A stretch of 64,000 nt of DNA from the human T2T-CHM13v2.0 reference genome, Homo sapiens, in the NCBI RefSeq assembly GCF_009914755.1, contig NC_060928.1; one strand, given 5' to 3'. The notes under the pieces were generated by a model that was given only the letters and a program-made list of their open reading frames with translations, made no database searches and had not been told where the DNA came from. Shown piece after piece: positions 42,718 through 56,001 of the stretch. The position numbers and the translations under genes were made by a program. Position 1 is the stretch's first letter, and each line of letters begins with the position of its first letter.

Positions 42718-43917
42718 TGTTAGCAGTAGCGGATTCTTACAGGTCTGCAGCAACCTGGATTCTTGCCTCAAGTTTTGTTGAGAGGTTGTGTGGTTGATTT
42801 CTGACCTTCTTAAATTATAAGTACAGGTATATAAAATGTAGGCTAGCTACAGCATAGCCAAAGCCCAGGAGCTGATTAATTAGCCTCAGTTGACCCAGCA
42901 AATAGCCTTGATAGAGTTTTCATTTAGGCTTGTTGATAGCACTGCAAGAGGCTATTCATCAGAAGCGTGTCAATCCTGATACTTGGTTGCATTGGTTCCA
43001 GTGCTGGAGACAAGAAAGCTGATCAACATGGGTTTCATAGATTCAACAAGGTGGTCTCTGGTGTTTTCCTTTCCTTGGTCACATTGCAGTTCCAGTTCCT
43101 ATTGAGAAGGGTCTGAATGCTGTCCTTTCCTGCTCTCTGCCTTGCTGTTTGCTTACCACTTGAGAAGCGATGGGAGCTAGTGCTGTGACCTCCAGCTCTT
43201 TGCAATGTAATTGAGTCTATAAAACCATGAGTCACCAGGACCACATGAGCTACAGAAAGCTCACACAGTCCAAGTATATAAAATGTAGACTAACTAAAGC
43301 ATAGCCAAAGGCAAGTCTTAGAGCAGGAGTGAAAGTTCGTTAAAAAGTATTAGAGCAGGAATGAAAGGAAGTAAAGTATGCTTGGAAGAGGGCCAAGCAG
43401 GAGACCTGAGAAATCAAAGTGCCCTGTTTGACTTTTGACTTGGGGTTTCATACGTTGGCATGCTTCTGGGGTGTTGCATCCGTTCTCCCTTGATTCTTCC
43501 CTTGGGGTGGGCTGTCTCCATGTGCAGTGGCCTGCCAGTACTTGGGAGGAGCCACATGTGCAGTGTGTTTACTGAAATTGTGTACATGCTCACTTGAGGC
43601 ATTCTTCCTTTATCAGTCAAGTGTTTCTAGAGGAAGGTCATATACCAGTTAAACTCCACCATTTTGCCTCTTAGTGTACATGCTCAAGCCCACTCGCCCA
43701 ACTCCTGAGATCCTATCAGGAAGCTTCTGATCACTAACTTTCGGTGTTTTCTATTTACTGGGAGACTGCATTTCCCTGGCACTGGCTGTGACCAATTGTT
43801 ATTTTAGAGAGATAGTTTTGACAGCCACCTGACCATCACATGATGGTTATCTGACATTCCTGGGATCGGGGCACCTCTCCTACCCTGTGCATATTTGCCT
43901 TACTATCTATTGTAATA
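42718..43917 (-). mobile_element. MER50-like ERV1 solo LTR interrupted by a foreign insert (42770-43310)
   Basis: TGTTAGCAGTAGCGGATTCTTACAGGTCTGCAGCAAC...TTCTTGCCTC, resuming at GCAAGTCTTAGAGCAGGAGTGAAAG, through CTGACATTCCTGG; 4-bp TSD AGAC/AGAT. Confidence 0.85.
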
Positions 43918-44509
43918 AGATCATAATATAATCGCAGTAATTATTAGGATGTTTATTATTCCAGGGAAATTTGTATTTATTCAAGCCTCCTGAGGACAAA
44001 CAGCCAGAAGAGTCACAAAAGCAAGGATTTCCCTGACTTTGCAAATTGCCCTACATAGAAAGCCACTCCCAGCCTGGCTTTAGTATGCATATTTTGAGAG
44101 CCCAGTTTATTGATGTATAATCACTCCATATAGGTGGGTAGGAAGTTGGTTTATGCCCTAGCCAAGTTCTATGTAACTTGCTTTAGGTAATCAGACAGGG
44201 GAAGCTGAAGTCAAGTTGTTCTCTTTGGCTGGCCCTTCCATCTCATGTGAAGATGTCCCTTTAAATAGTGCTGCTCTGTGGATGTAAGAAGTAGACTTCC
44301 AGTTCAGGAGGCAGTTCAGGAGGCAGAACCAGAACCAGCTGGTAAGGATTTTTCCAGGGATGGATATGGACTCAGTGGAATAGGAAGTAGTGACTTCTCT
44401 GTTACTGGAAGCATTGGAGGAAACCAGTGATTACAGGTCAAGATGGGTGGAGAGGACATTCTTGCCTTAGGGGGAACATGGAGTTGAGAATAATGGGAAT
44501 GTTAATGAA

Positions 44510-44700
44510 ACATGGTTTCTATTTATTGAAGCCATGTGTCAACGCATATTTTAGTTCATTTAATCCTCACAGGAATCTCTCCAATTCTATAGTATTATGT
44601 TTTTCACACATCACTAAACAAAAGCTCAGAGAGGTTAAGTAATTTACCAAATCTCACACAACTGGAATGATCAATGTTGAAGTTTTGAACCAGAGCCTAT
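44510..44700 (-). mobile_element. MIR SINE
   Basis: TCATTTAATCCTCACA...GCTCAGAGAGGTTAAGTAATTTACC. Confidence 0.8.
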
Positions 44701-45014
44701 GCTATTATATCACCACCCAAAATGATCTTAAAACTTTCTTTCTTTTTTGGAAACAGATCTCTTATACTACACACCAGTTTATAAACTGTTAGAGTTATGT
44801 TGTATTAATATATACTTATTTTACAATTTCAAATATATGATATTTACTTGTTATAAAGTCATTCATGAGAATAATTACTGAAGATAAGTAATTGATATCT
44901 GAAATTATAAATGACAGATATTATTTAATATCAATCTTAATATTCAAATTATATTTTTATTTTATTTTGGCCCACAGTATTGCAAATGGTACAGTGTTTT
45001 CACTGTCCTCGTTC

Positions 45015-45360
45015 ATATCTCTGGACAGTCTTCAGTTGAACTGATTCAGAAGCTGGAGAGAAGATCAGTAGGACATTTTGTTTGAAGTCTGAATTATTAA
45101 CAATAACAACCATATGCCTGTCTTATAACCCAGAAGTCAGACTAGAAGTACCCAAAGCTTACAGAAATGCCAGAACATCATTGATATCTCTGGACACTCT
45201 TCAGCTGAACTGATTCAGAAGCTGGAGAGAAGATCGGCAGGACATTTTGTTTGAAGTCTTCATCATTAACAATATCTAACAACCACATGCCTGTCTTATC
45301 ATAATCCAGAAGTCAGACTAGAAGTACCCAAAGCTTACAGAAACTGCCAGAACAATCTAT
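45015..45360 (+). repeat. Tandem duplication, ~169-bp unit, 2 copies
   Basis: ATATCTCTGGACA.TCTTCAG.TGAACTGATTCAGAAGCTGGAGAGAAGATC...TGCCAGAACA at 45015 and 45184. Confidence 0.97.
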
Positions 45361-46747
45361 GATATGATATTATCATCACATGGCAGTTACTCACTCAGCA
45401 AATATTCTTTCTGAGAGGCGGTGGAACACGTTGGTTACAAGCACAAGCTTTGACATGAAGCGGCTCAGCTCTACCATTAACCAGCAGATTGACCCTGGGC
45501 AAAATTCTGAACCTCTTCCAGACTTATTTTTTCATTGGTAAAGTGGAAATTGTCATGAATAATTACTGAATTATTTTGGGTAGATAGAGGTAACCTCTAA
45601 TAGGTAGAAGTAGGTCTCTCCCATGGCATGCTGAACATAGGAAGTATGTCAAAATGACCAGGTTCTGCCAGATACACAAGCACTTACTAAATAATCATTC
45701 CATCTTATTTTATGTGAGCTCAGTGAATTGCCAACTCTCTGCCCTTTTAGGCACTTTGACAGTACCTTGCATGAACGTTTTACTTCAGGCTGGTGCAGCA
45801 CTAGTCTGGCAGCAGGTTCAGCTAAACTTCTAGTTGGTCAGGTGACATAATCCTCCATTAAATGTCTTACACCCAGAAGTAATTGGAATCCTAAGCACAG
45901 ATTACTATTTGAAGGGTGTAGGCTATTGTGTTAGGTAGGTTCTTATTTCCTGTATATTCCAGGTCAGGAGTGCCTATTCAATATTTCCAGTCAATTCACT
46001 CCTGCCTGAACACTATTCATTTCTTCAATGAAGAGTCATTTCTATATCCATAATGCTAATTAGAAAAACTTCTGGTGTTGATCAGAAATAAAGACAGTTA
46101 TGAATTTGAATTATGGATATGAGTTATGGATTAGAGTCTTTGAAATGTAAACTAACTCTATAGATCGTATATTTTTATTTAAGAAACTGCAAGTGTTAAC
46201 TACTAGCCTTTAGGATAAAGAGATTAAAGTTAGGACATACTACACTGAAGTACTTGTAAGTGAATTACAAATAATATAACAGGGGAAAAATTCTCACAAG
46301 AATGTTGTGAGAATTAATAATAGCTAATTTTTTGAATGTTTCCTAGTGCCAAGTACTATACTCAGGTAATCATGTGCATATTCTGATTTAATCATTATAA
46401 AAACACCATGAGGGAGACAATATTATTAAATGAATTATGAGTAAATGAGCAAATAAACAGTCACTAGTTAGCATTCTTCCCAGTGCATGATAAACATGCA
46501 ATAAATGGTAACTATTCTTATTTTGCGGATCTGAAGATTGTGTCACGATAACAAACTGTTACCAGCAGCTGGGCCTTGTCTGACACTTAAATGAATATGA
46601 CACATGCTAAGCTGATGTCAAATGCTTCCCTTTAAAATTTGGGTGAATGTGGGTGAGCCTGAATTTTATAAAGGCCTGTTCAGACCTTTTTAATCAATGA
46701 CATATATCTATTAAATGCAAATACATTCACAGAGATGACAGATGTTT

Positions 46748-47061
<314 letters not shown>

Positions 47062-49687
47062 TGAGGTCTATACAAATGGAACTAACCTACAGCGTGTATT
47101 GTGTCGACGGTCTCTAAATGTGTTAAATTTGCCATAGTGCACATTTGGATGTATGTGTAATTTTTTTAAGTCTCAGGTTTTTTAAGTCTAAGGTTTACAA
47201 ATATTTGAAAAATGAAATATGAATCAAACATTTGTGGAGTACCTGAAGCATTTCCTGCCATGAGGTCCCAGTTTGATAACCACTGGCCTAAATGACTGGC
47301 TGGCATCCAGCGCTCATCTCAATATTACAATCCTATGATTCAATTATTGCTAAAAGCAAAAATCTAAGATCTGCAAAAGCCCAGTCTCCTAACCAATGAA
47401 CAAAATCCAGCTACTCTTTATTTTAAATTCCAATCAACGTAGAGAACATGATGAGAAAGATGATTCATTACGGTTGTCACTCACATTTTTTTCTCATTGA
47501 ATAAACATGATTATTTGCCATTCGCTAGTCAGTTTTCTCTCTTCTTTTAAGGCTTTGTGTGTGTCTGGCTTTAAACACTAAAGAAATGTCATAAAGTTTC
47601 ATAAAGTTTCCTGATCTCTACTTTTAAAGGAGTCATATGCTTCTGCCTCACAAGACTGGCCACAGTCTCACGATGGGAAGAACACGCTTTGCCACAAGGT
47701 TTCTAACTGCAGATCAGAAACTTCCAGGTTTGAGGCCAACACTTTCAGTAGCCTCCTGATGGGCTGACTTGTCTTCTCTTCATTCTTTTTCTGGAACTGG
47801 AAGTCGTAATTCTTCCCTTCTTGAATCGGAGTAGGTCACTAGGGTAACAGGAATGAGTGAAGCCAATAGAAATAACTTCCTTCAGGGGAGTGTAGACATC
47901 AGTGTAAAACGAAAAAAAAAGAGAGTGGGGATAGCTTCAAAAAGCCACAGAGCGGGCACTCTCCCAAAGGCAGAGCAGGTAACAAAATCTTTAAAGAGTC
48001 CAGCTTTACAGCTGGGTCTCTGGAGGGGATTAAAAACTAAAAGGCATGGACATCATGACAGAGTATGTCTAGATACAGAAGACACAGAAACAGCAAAACG
48101 CTAAAGGCAACCAGAGCATCCAAAAAGAAAAGCTAATTCAAAACCACGGATGTAATTACTAAGATTAAAAGAGCAAATGCCCTTCTTAAATTTTCAGAGG
48201 AAGGTTGTAAAAATCACTTAATTTAAAATAAAGCATATCTTTGATGTGAAAACATACAAGCCCGGAAGCAAAGAAAGGTAATATAATTAATTTTTAGATC
48301 AAATTTTGAATGAAGGGAAATATTTTACATTTGTTTGTCTAACTTGCAAACATTAACAAGCAATTAATGACTCCTAAATTCAACAAAGTTATTAGCAAAC
48401 TAATAAAGGCAATCATAGCCAGGATCCAGTTAGTCAACTCAAAGATGGAAAAGACTGAATTAGCTAAATGAAGTCAGATGATGAATTAAAAAAAAATTAA
48501 AATTAAAAAACCCACCACTTTCATTAATGGAGAAATTAAGAAAACTGCTACCAACTCCTGTGACTTTCTGTCACCTCAGGCCATCTCTGCTCTCCTTCTT
48601 GTCTGTTGATTGTCTTACTTCGATTACAAGGCACTGAGGCAGGTCACATCTCATGGCCTCATTCCATGTTGAGCATTTCCTTGGCATTAAACGGAGTATA
48701 TTCTGCGGTTCATTAGTTCATTCATCCAGCAAATGACTACTAAATGCATATTGAGAGCAAAGCATTGATTTGAGTCTGCTAGTTATACAAAGATAAAAAG
48801 ATATGAACCCTGCCCTTGGAGGAATTAACAGTCCAGTGTATAAAAATAATTACAATATAATATGCATACATACCTAATAATAATTACAATGCTGAGGACC
48901 TTTGAAAAAGGTGTAACAGGAGGTGAGAGATGAAGGGAAGGAGGCTGAAGCCTCCTGTGGAGAAGGTCGGGCTACAGCTGAGAGTTAGGGGCAGAGAAAA
49001 AGTGGTTAGCTGTGAGAATTAGGGGTGCTGTGGACTCCCTGAAGCCTACCAGGTCATATAGAACTCCAGTGCAATTTGCTAAACAATCACTGCTCTCACT
49101 GAAGAAGTTTCAGGCAGGTGAGAGTTAGCTACTCCTCCATTCTTACCACCACAATGAAAGCAAGGTTCAGAAGAAAAAAAATCTGCCAAATATAAGATAT
49201 TTATTAAAGAAACAGTCAGTCATTAACAAGGAAGCACAAAACAGTTCCTGCTGTCGGTTAGGTGAACTGGCAGTTCTCTGTCCTTTTGTGTGCTTTGTGT
49301 GCTCAGATCACCCCTGTGCTGTCCAGTAGACAGAATCACATTCCAGAGGCAGGATTCTGTCAACCTTGGAGCTGGCATCAGGCAACCATAAATCCTTCTA
49401 ATCCAAAGGCTGGACATGGAACTATTTAGGGACTCAGCTTCAAGTGCCATCCCTAAGAGTGCAAATCTCCTAATTCTTAGACTCTGTGCATACAAGAGTA
49501 AAAAAGGTCTCTGCAATATTTTAGCCAATCCACATTTTAATATCTTTAATTTCAACCATGAAAGCCCACTGCAAGAATCTGTCTTGCTATATAAGAAGCC
49601 ATCATTACACCAATGAAAAAACATGTCAGACATTCACTATGTTGATTTGAACAACCTTGAATGTTGATCAAGATCTAGCTAACACAA

Positions 49688-49968
49688 ACTAATGCAGGAA
49701 CAGAAAACCAAATACTGTACATTCTCACTTATTAGTGGGAGCTAAATGATAACACGTGGGCACATAGAAAGGAACAACACACACTGGGGCCTATTGGAGG
49801 GTGGACGGTGGGAGGAGAAAGAGGATCAGAAAAAATAACGAATGGGTACTAGGCTTAATACCTGGGTGATAAAATAATCTGTACAACAAACCCCCATGAC
49901 ACAAGTTTACCTATGTAACAAACCTGCACATGTACCCTTGAACTTAAAATAAAAGTTAAAAAAAAAAA
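49688..49968 (+). mobile_element. L1PA (older primate, L1PA13-like) 5'-truncated 3' end
   Basis: CAGGAACAGAAAACCAAATAC...AACAAACCTGCACATGTACCC..GAACTTAAAATAAAAG + poly(A); TSD ATCTAGCTAACA. Confidence 0.93.
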
Positions 49969-50006
49969 GAATCTAGCTAACAGAAGCACTTGCAGACTCT
50001 CTAGAG

Positions 50007-50358
50007 CTGCACTGTCCTGTATGGTAGCCACTAGCTATATGTGGCTATTGAGTGCTTCAGCTATTGAGTGTGGCTATTGAATTGTTCTCAATTCAACAAG
50101 TCCAACTGAGATGTTCTGTAAGTGTAAGATATACACCAGAAATTTCAAGACTTAGTACAAAGCAACAAAAAATGTAAAATATCTCATTAATCATTTTATA
50201 TTGGTTACATGTTGAAATAATATTTTGTATATATTGGATTAAATAAAATGTACATAAGAATCCATTTCACCTGTTTTATTTTACCTTTCATATTGTGGCT
50301 GCTAGCGAATTTAATATAAAATATGTAGCTTATATTTTATTTCTATTCGGCAGAGCTG
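50007..50358. mobile_element. MER33-like hAT-Charlie DNA transposon
   Basis: CTGCACTGTCC..TATGGTAGCCACTAGC...GGCAGAGCTG; 8-bp TSD-like CTCTAGAG/TTCTAGGC. Confidence 0.85.
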
Positions 50359-50519
50359 TTCTAGGCTCCAGATCATGGAATTTCAAATTAGATTGCTTGC
50401 CAGTATTTTCTTGACCTTGCATTCCCGGTGAAAATGCCATTAGCCTTAGGTATGGTTGCATGTAGATTAACCTAAGTAGCATGCCCATAACATCAAACTG
50501 TATATGTCAAAGTGTTTTA

Positions 50520-51710
50520 AAGTAAATTCATTTGTTTACTTATTAATTGCCTAATAAGACAGATAAAATCTGTACTGTCATGGGGATTTATGTTCTCTCT
50601 GGGGTAGAGAGAAAGAAAGTACTGAATAACAAAAAGTCATAAAATCATCAGCGTGGTGCAGGGAGTAAAATGGTGTGATGTGTTAAAGACTGGCTGGACA
50701 GCTTCTTTAAGTTGAAGAGTCAGAGAAGGCCTCTCTGAAGGGATGACATTTAAAATGACATCTGAATGACATGAAGGAGTCTGAATGACATGAAGGAGTC
50801 AGACATGCAATGATGAGGTTTGTTGGCAGTGGGTGGGGAGGAGTTGTTCTAGGCTGGGGAAACAACTAATACACAAGCTCAAATGTGGGAATGAGCTTGG
50901 CTTGACAAGAAAGAGAATAATGCATAAATATGTTAAAACCACGACATTCAATGAAATCTACTAGAGAGGGAAGATGAATATAGGAGCCCTCTAGGGCTCC
51001 TCCTTCATAAATGAAGGAGAAGGCACCCAGTTTCAAGCCCTAGAGGGCCCCCATATTTAGAGGTTGAGTGGAGAAGAAGATATCCACAAAAGGAAAGAGG
51101 AATTAGGGAATCCACTGTGGGCTCTCACAGAAGCCAGGAGCTGACACTATTTCAAGAGGAACAAGTAGTTCTGTTGAAAGTGTATTGCTGAAGGGCTGGG
51201 AGCAGTGGCTCACACCTGTAATCCCAGCACTTTGGGAGGCCGAGGTAGGCGGATCACCTGAGGTTGGGAGTTTGAGACCAGACTGACCAATACGGTGAAA
51301 CCCCATTTTTACTAAAAAAAAAAAAAAAAAGAAATACAAAAATTAGTCCGGCTGTGGTGGCACGTGCCTGTAATCCCAGCTACTCAGGAGGCTGAGGCTG
51401 GAGAATCGCTTGAACCCAGGAGGCAGAGGTTGCAGTGAGCCGATATTATGCCACTGCACTCCAGCATGGGTGACAGAGGGAGATGCTGTCTCAAAAAAAA
51501 AAAAAAAATGTGTTTCTGAAGGGTTGGGTGAGTTGGGTAAGACCAGTAATTACTGACTTCAACTGATTGGGAGCCATTGGACATGTAGCACAAGCCATCT
51601 CACCTGGGCACGGGGAATGGAATTCCATTAGGAATTGGTTGAGACGAGAACACGAGGCAATAAGTGGAGACAAAAGCTCTAGTCAGCCCGTTCAAGCAGT
51701 TTTTCTGTGA
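50520..51710 (-). mobile_element. L2 LINE fragments (split by an Alu)
   Basis: GTCAGAGAAGGCCTCTCTGAAGGGATGACATTT...; GCCATTGGACATGTAGCACAAG; TTCAAGCAGTTTTTCTGTGA. Confidence 0.65.
51194..51508 (+). mobile_element. Alu (Sp/Sq-like)
   Basis: Full dimer with expanded A linker; degenerate TSD ending CTGAAG. Confidence 0.96.
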
Positions 51711-51847
51711 TGGCAGAGGACCATGTTGAGCCTGAGGAGCAGCAGGGATGGATGAATGTAGATAATATTGAGTGTGTTATTGCTGGTAGAGGTAAGGGTG
51801 AGAGTAGATGGACAACGTCACAAGGAAACTTTGACCTTGTGACCTCA

Positions 51848-52082
<235 letters not shown>

Positions 52083-52199
52083 AGAGGCAGGGGTTGTCCT
52101 TGTACATTCCCCCCATCATGGGTTCTACAGACCTCATGGAAAGTTTTCGAAGAAGATAGTTCAGGAGAGAGAACAGTGCAGACATCCTTAGTAGAAGCA

Positions 52200-52400
52200 A
52201 GCCAACTTAACAAAAATGAATTCACTCAAAGTCAATTCACCAAAATTCACTTTGCCAAATTATCAATTCACTTAAGTCATCAAACTTTTCATTAGCCAAA
52301 AGTTGTTTTGGTAGAATTCACAGAAAGCTAATTTGCTGAAAGCTTAATTGCTAAAAACCAAATCACTGAATGGCCAGATCCCCAAATTATCCATTCATTA
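52200..52400 (+). repeat. Degenerate 15-bp tandem array
   Basis: Units TGAATTCACTCAAAG / TCAATTCACCAAAAT / TCACTTTGCCAAATT ... CTAATTTGCTGAAAG / CTTAATTGCTAAAAA / CCAAATCACTGAATG. Confidence 0.7.
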
Positions 52401-52634
52401 GCAACTCTGTATCATAAAGTTTATAGTTAAAATGGTAAAGGGACAAAGGATATGGACAGGGAATTCACAGACAGGAAAGCCCTGATAGCCAAAAAGCATA
52501 TAAAGAGATGTTCAAACTCACAAGTAATGAAAGCAACGCAATTGAAAAAACACTGAAATTTGATTTTAAATACATCAGGATGGCAAATACTATACCGAAA
52601 GATAATACTAAATATTGGCAAGTAACACTATTTG

Positions 52635-54120
52635 CAATCCCTGGGCAACAGACTCTCAGCATAAGCTTAGCATGAAAAGCATTTATTAGTAAGCACCAGT
52701 GGGAGAAACATCTAAGGAAGGGTGTAGGAGGAAATAGTACAGGAGCTTCAGTGCTGTCCCAAAGAAAGCCCAGCCATCCTAACAGGCATCAGGTCATATC
52801 TCTTCGTGGCTTTGATTTGCGGTTCCTGATGATTAGTGACGTTGAGCACCTGTTCAAATATAACTATTAGCCATTTGTATGTCTTCTTTGGAGAAATGTC
52901 TGTTCAGATCCTTTGCCCATTTTTTTGTTGGTTTTTTTTGTTTCTTGCTATTGAGTTGAACCCCTTGTCTATTTTGGATATTAACCTCTTACTAGATGTA
53001 TGGTTTGCAAATATTGTCTCTTCACTCCTGAAAGAATGACTATTATCAAAAACATAACAAGTGTTGGCAAGAATGTGGAAAAAAATCCTTGTACACTGTT
53101 GGTGGGAATGTAAATTGGTACAAGCATTATGGAAAACAGTATGGAAGTTCTTCAAAAAAATTAAAAATAGAACTACCATATGTTCCAGCAATCTCACTTC
53201 TGGGTATATATCCAAAGGAATTGAAATCAGCATGTCCAAGAGATATCTGCATACCCATGTTCACTGCAGCATTATTCACAATAGCCAAGATATGGAAACA
53301 ACCTAAGTGACTGTCGACAGATGAATGGATAAGAATATACAATGGAATGTTATTAAGTCTTTTAAAAAAAAAAAGGAAATCCTGGCATTTACAACAAATG
53401 GATGAACCTGGAGGACATTATGCTAAGGGAGATAAGCCAGACACAGAAAGACAAATACTGTAGGGTCTCACTTACATGTGGAATCTTAGAAAGTCAACTT
53501 CTAGGAGCAGAGAGTAGAATGGTCGTTACCAGGGGCTGAGGGGCAGGAGAAATGAGAAGTTGATTAAAAGGTACAAAACTTTAGTTATGCATAATGAGTA
53601 AGTTGTAGAAACCTAATGTACAGCATGTTGACTATAGTTAATAATAGTGTATACTTGAAATTTGTTGAGAGTAGCTCTTAAGTGTTCTCACCACACACAC
53701 ACACACACAAAAGGTAACTATGTAAGGTGATGGATATGTTTATTAGCTTGATTGTAATTATTTCACAATGTACATATTTATCAAAACAAAATGTATACAC
53801 CTTAAATTTATTTAATTTTTAATTGTCAATCATACCTCAATAAAGCTGGGGAAAAAAAGAAAAAGAAAGCTCCATCTAGCCTCACCAGGACTGAAGCTGG
53901 GTGGCCCCTCAAAGTTGAACCATCATGAGATGAACTGGTTATTTATACCCTTTCAATCAGATGGTCAGCTACTGATTAGTACGGGCAGTGCATGATGGAA
54001 GGCATGACTCTGAGAGAGGTGATTTTCTCCAGCTGAGAACCTTCCCAAAAGGGCTGCAGTTGATGACTATTCCAGCACTGGGGCACCAAGTCCATTTTTG
54101 AAGGTGGATCTGAGAGTCAT
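52635..54120 (-). mobile_element. LTR16-like ERVL solo LTR split by an L1MA insertion
   Basis: CAGACTCTCAGC...ATTTATTAG left part; GCTGGGTGGCCCCTCAAAGTTG...TCTCCAGCTGAG...GGATCTG right part. Confidence 0.6.
52775..53861 (+). mobile_element. L1MA-like element with 5' inversion (antisense ~52775-53020, sense ~53021-53861)
   Basis: Antisense ORF2 end followed by sense ORF2 end/3'UTR (ORFs 53061..53310 give L1 ORF2-like peptides [10 protein letters not shown] and [18 protein letters not shown]); AATAAA + A tail; TSD AAAGAAAGC.. Confidence 0.88.
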
Positions 54121-54652
54121 GTGAGTGTAGGGTTGGATGTTGTCTTTATTTTAAAATTTTGTTTTCTGGTTGTATTTAGGTGTGATTGGTATACAAAAAC
54201 ACTGCACATAGTTAATGTGTACAATTTGACGAGTTTGGACATATGTATAAACTTGTGTTACCATCATCATAATCAAAGTAATGAACACATCCATCATCTC
54301 CAACATTTTCCTGTGTCCCTTTGTTGTTTTTTCTCTTCATTTAAAATTTTGATTTTATTGTTCACATCAAAATGTTTTTGCATGAATTTTAATTTTAAAA
54401 ATATTGCACTGAAGTATTATTTACCTTGATCACTAAGTCTTTTGGCTCTCCCTTAAATTTTGCCTCACTCCTCTCATGCTAATCGCAGCCCTGCTCCTGG
54501 TAGGTATGTGAGCTAGCTAGACATTCAGGAAAGCAAGCCAGCAGTATTTAGTGACATTGCATGTGAATATGCCTTATGATGTAGCAATCCACCTCCTGGG
54601 TGTGTAGAGAAACCATCTCATCTGTCTGTAAGGGGATGTGGATGTGCATCTA

Positions 54653-54957
<305 letters not shown>

Positions 54958-54959
54958 AT

Positions 54960-55499
<540 letters not shown>

Positions 55500-55576
55500 T
55501 TAGGAAGCCATTTCTAGGAGATGAATAGTAAAATGGGCTGGATGCATTCTATGGAATACTAAGCAGTAGTCCAGGG

Positions 55577-56001
55577 TGATAAAAGAAAAGCTTCAGCCAG
55601 ATTTAAAAGAGTTTAATTGAGCAATGAACAATTCATGAATTGGGCAGCCCCCAGAACCACAGCAGATTCACCAAGACTCCAGGGATGCCTTGTGGTCACA
55701 ACAAATTTATAGACAGAAAGGGGAAAGTGATGTACAGGAATTGGAAGTGAAGTACAGAAACAGTGTGATTGGTTACAGCTTGGTGTTTGCCTTATTTGAA
55801 TGCAGTTTGAATGTTCAGCAGTCTACGAGTGGTTGAAGTATGACCGCAGGGATTGGCCAACACTTAGTCATTGTTACAGGTGCATACTATTAAGTTAGGT
55901 TTTCAATTTTGACTTACTATTAAGCTAGGTCACAGTTCATCCACAAGGACTCAAATACAGAAGCAGAGTCCTTCTTAGGCCATATTTAGTTTGCCTTAAC
56001 A
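55577..56001 (-). mobile_element. 3' LTR (MER57A-like)
   Basis: Minus strand TGTTAAGGCAAACTAAATATGGCC...CTTTTATCA; preceded by PPT AAAAGAGGGAA (~56004-56014). Confidence 0.93.
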
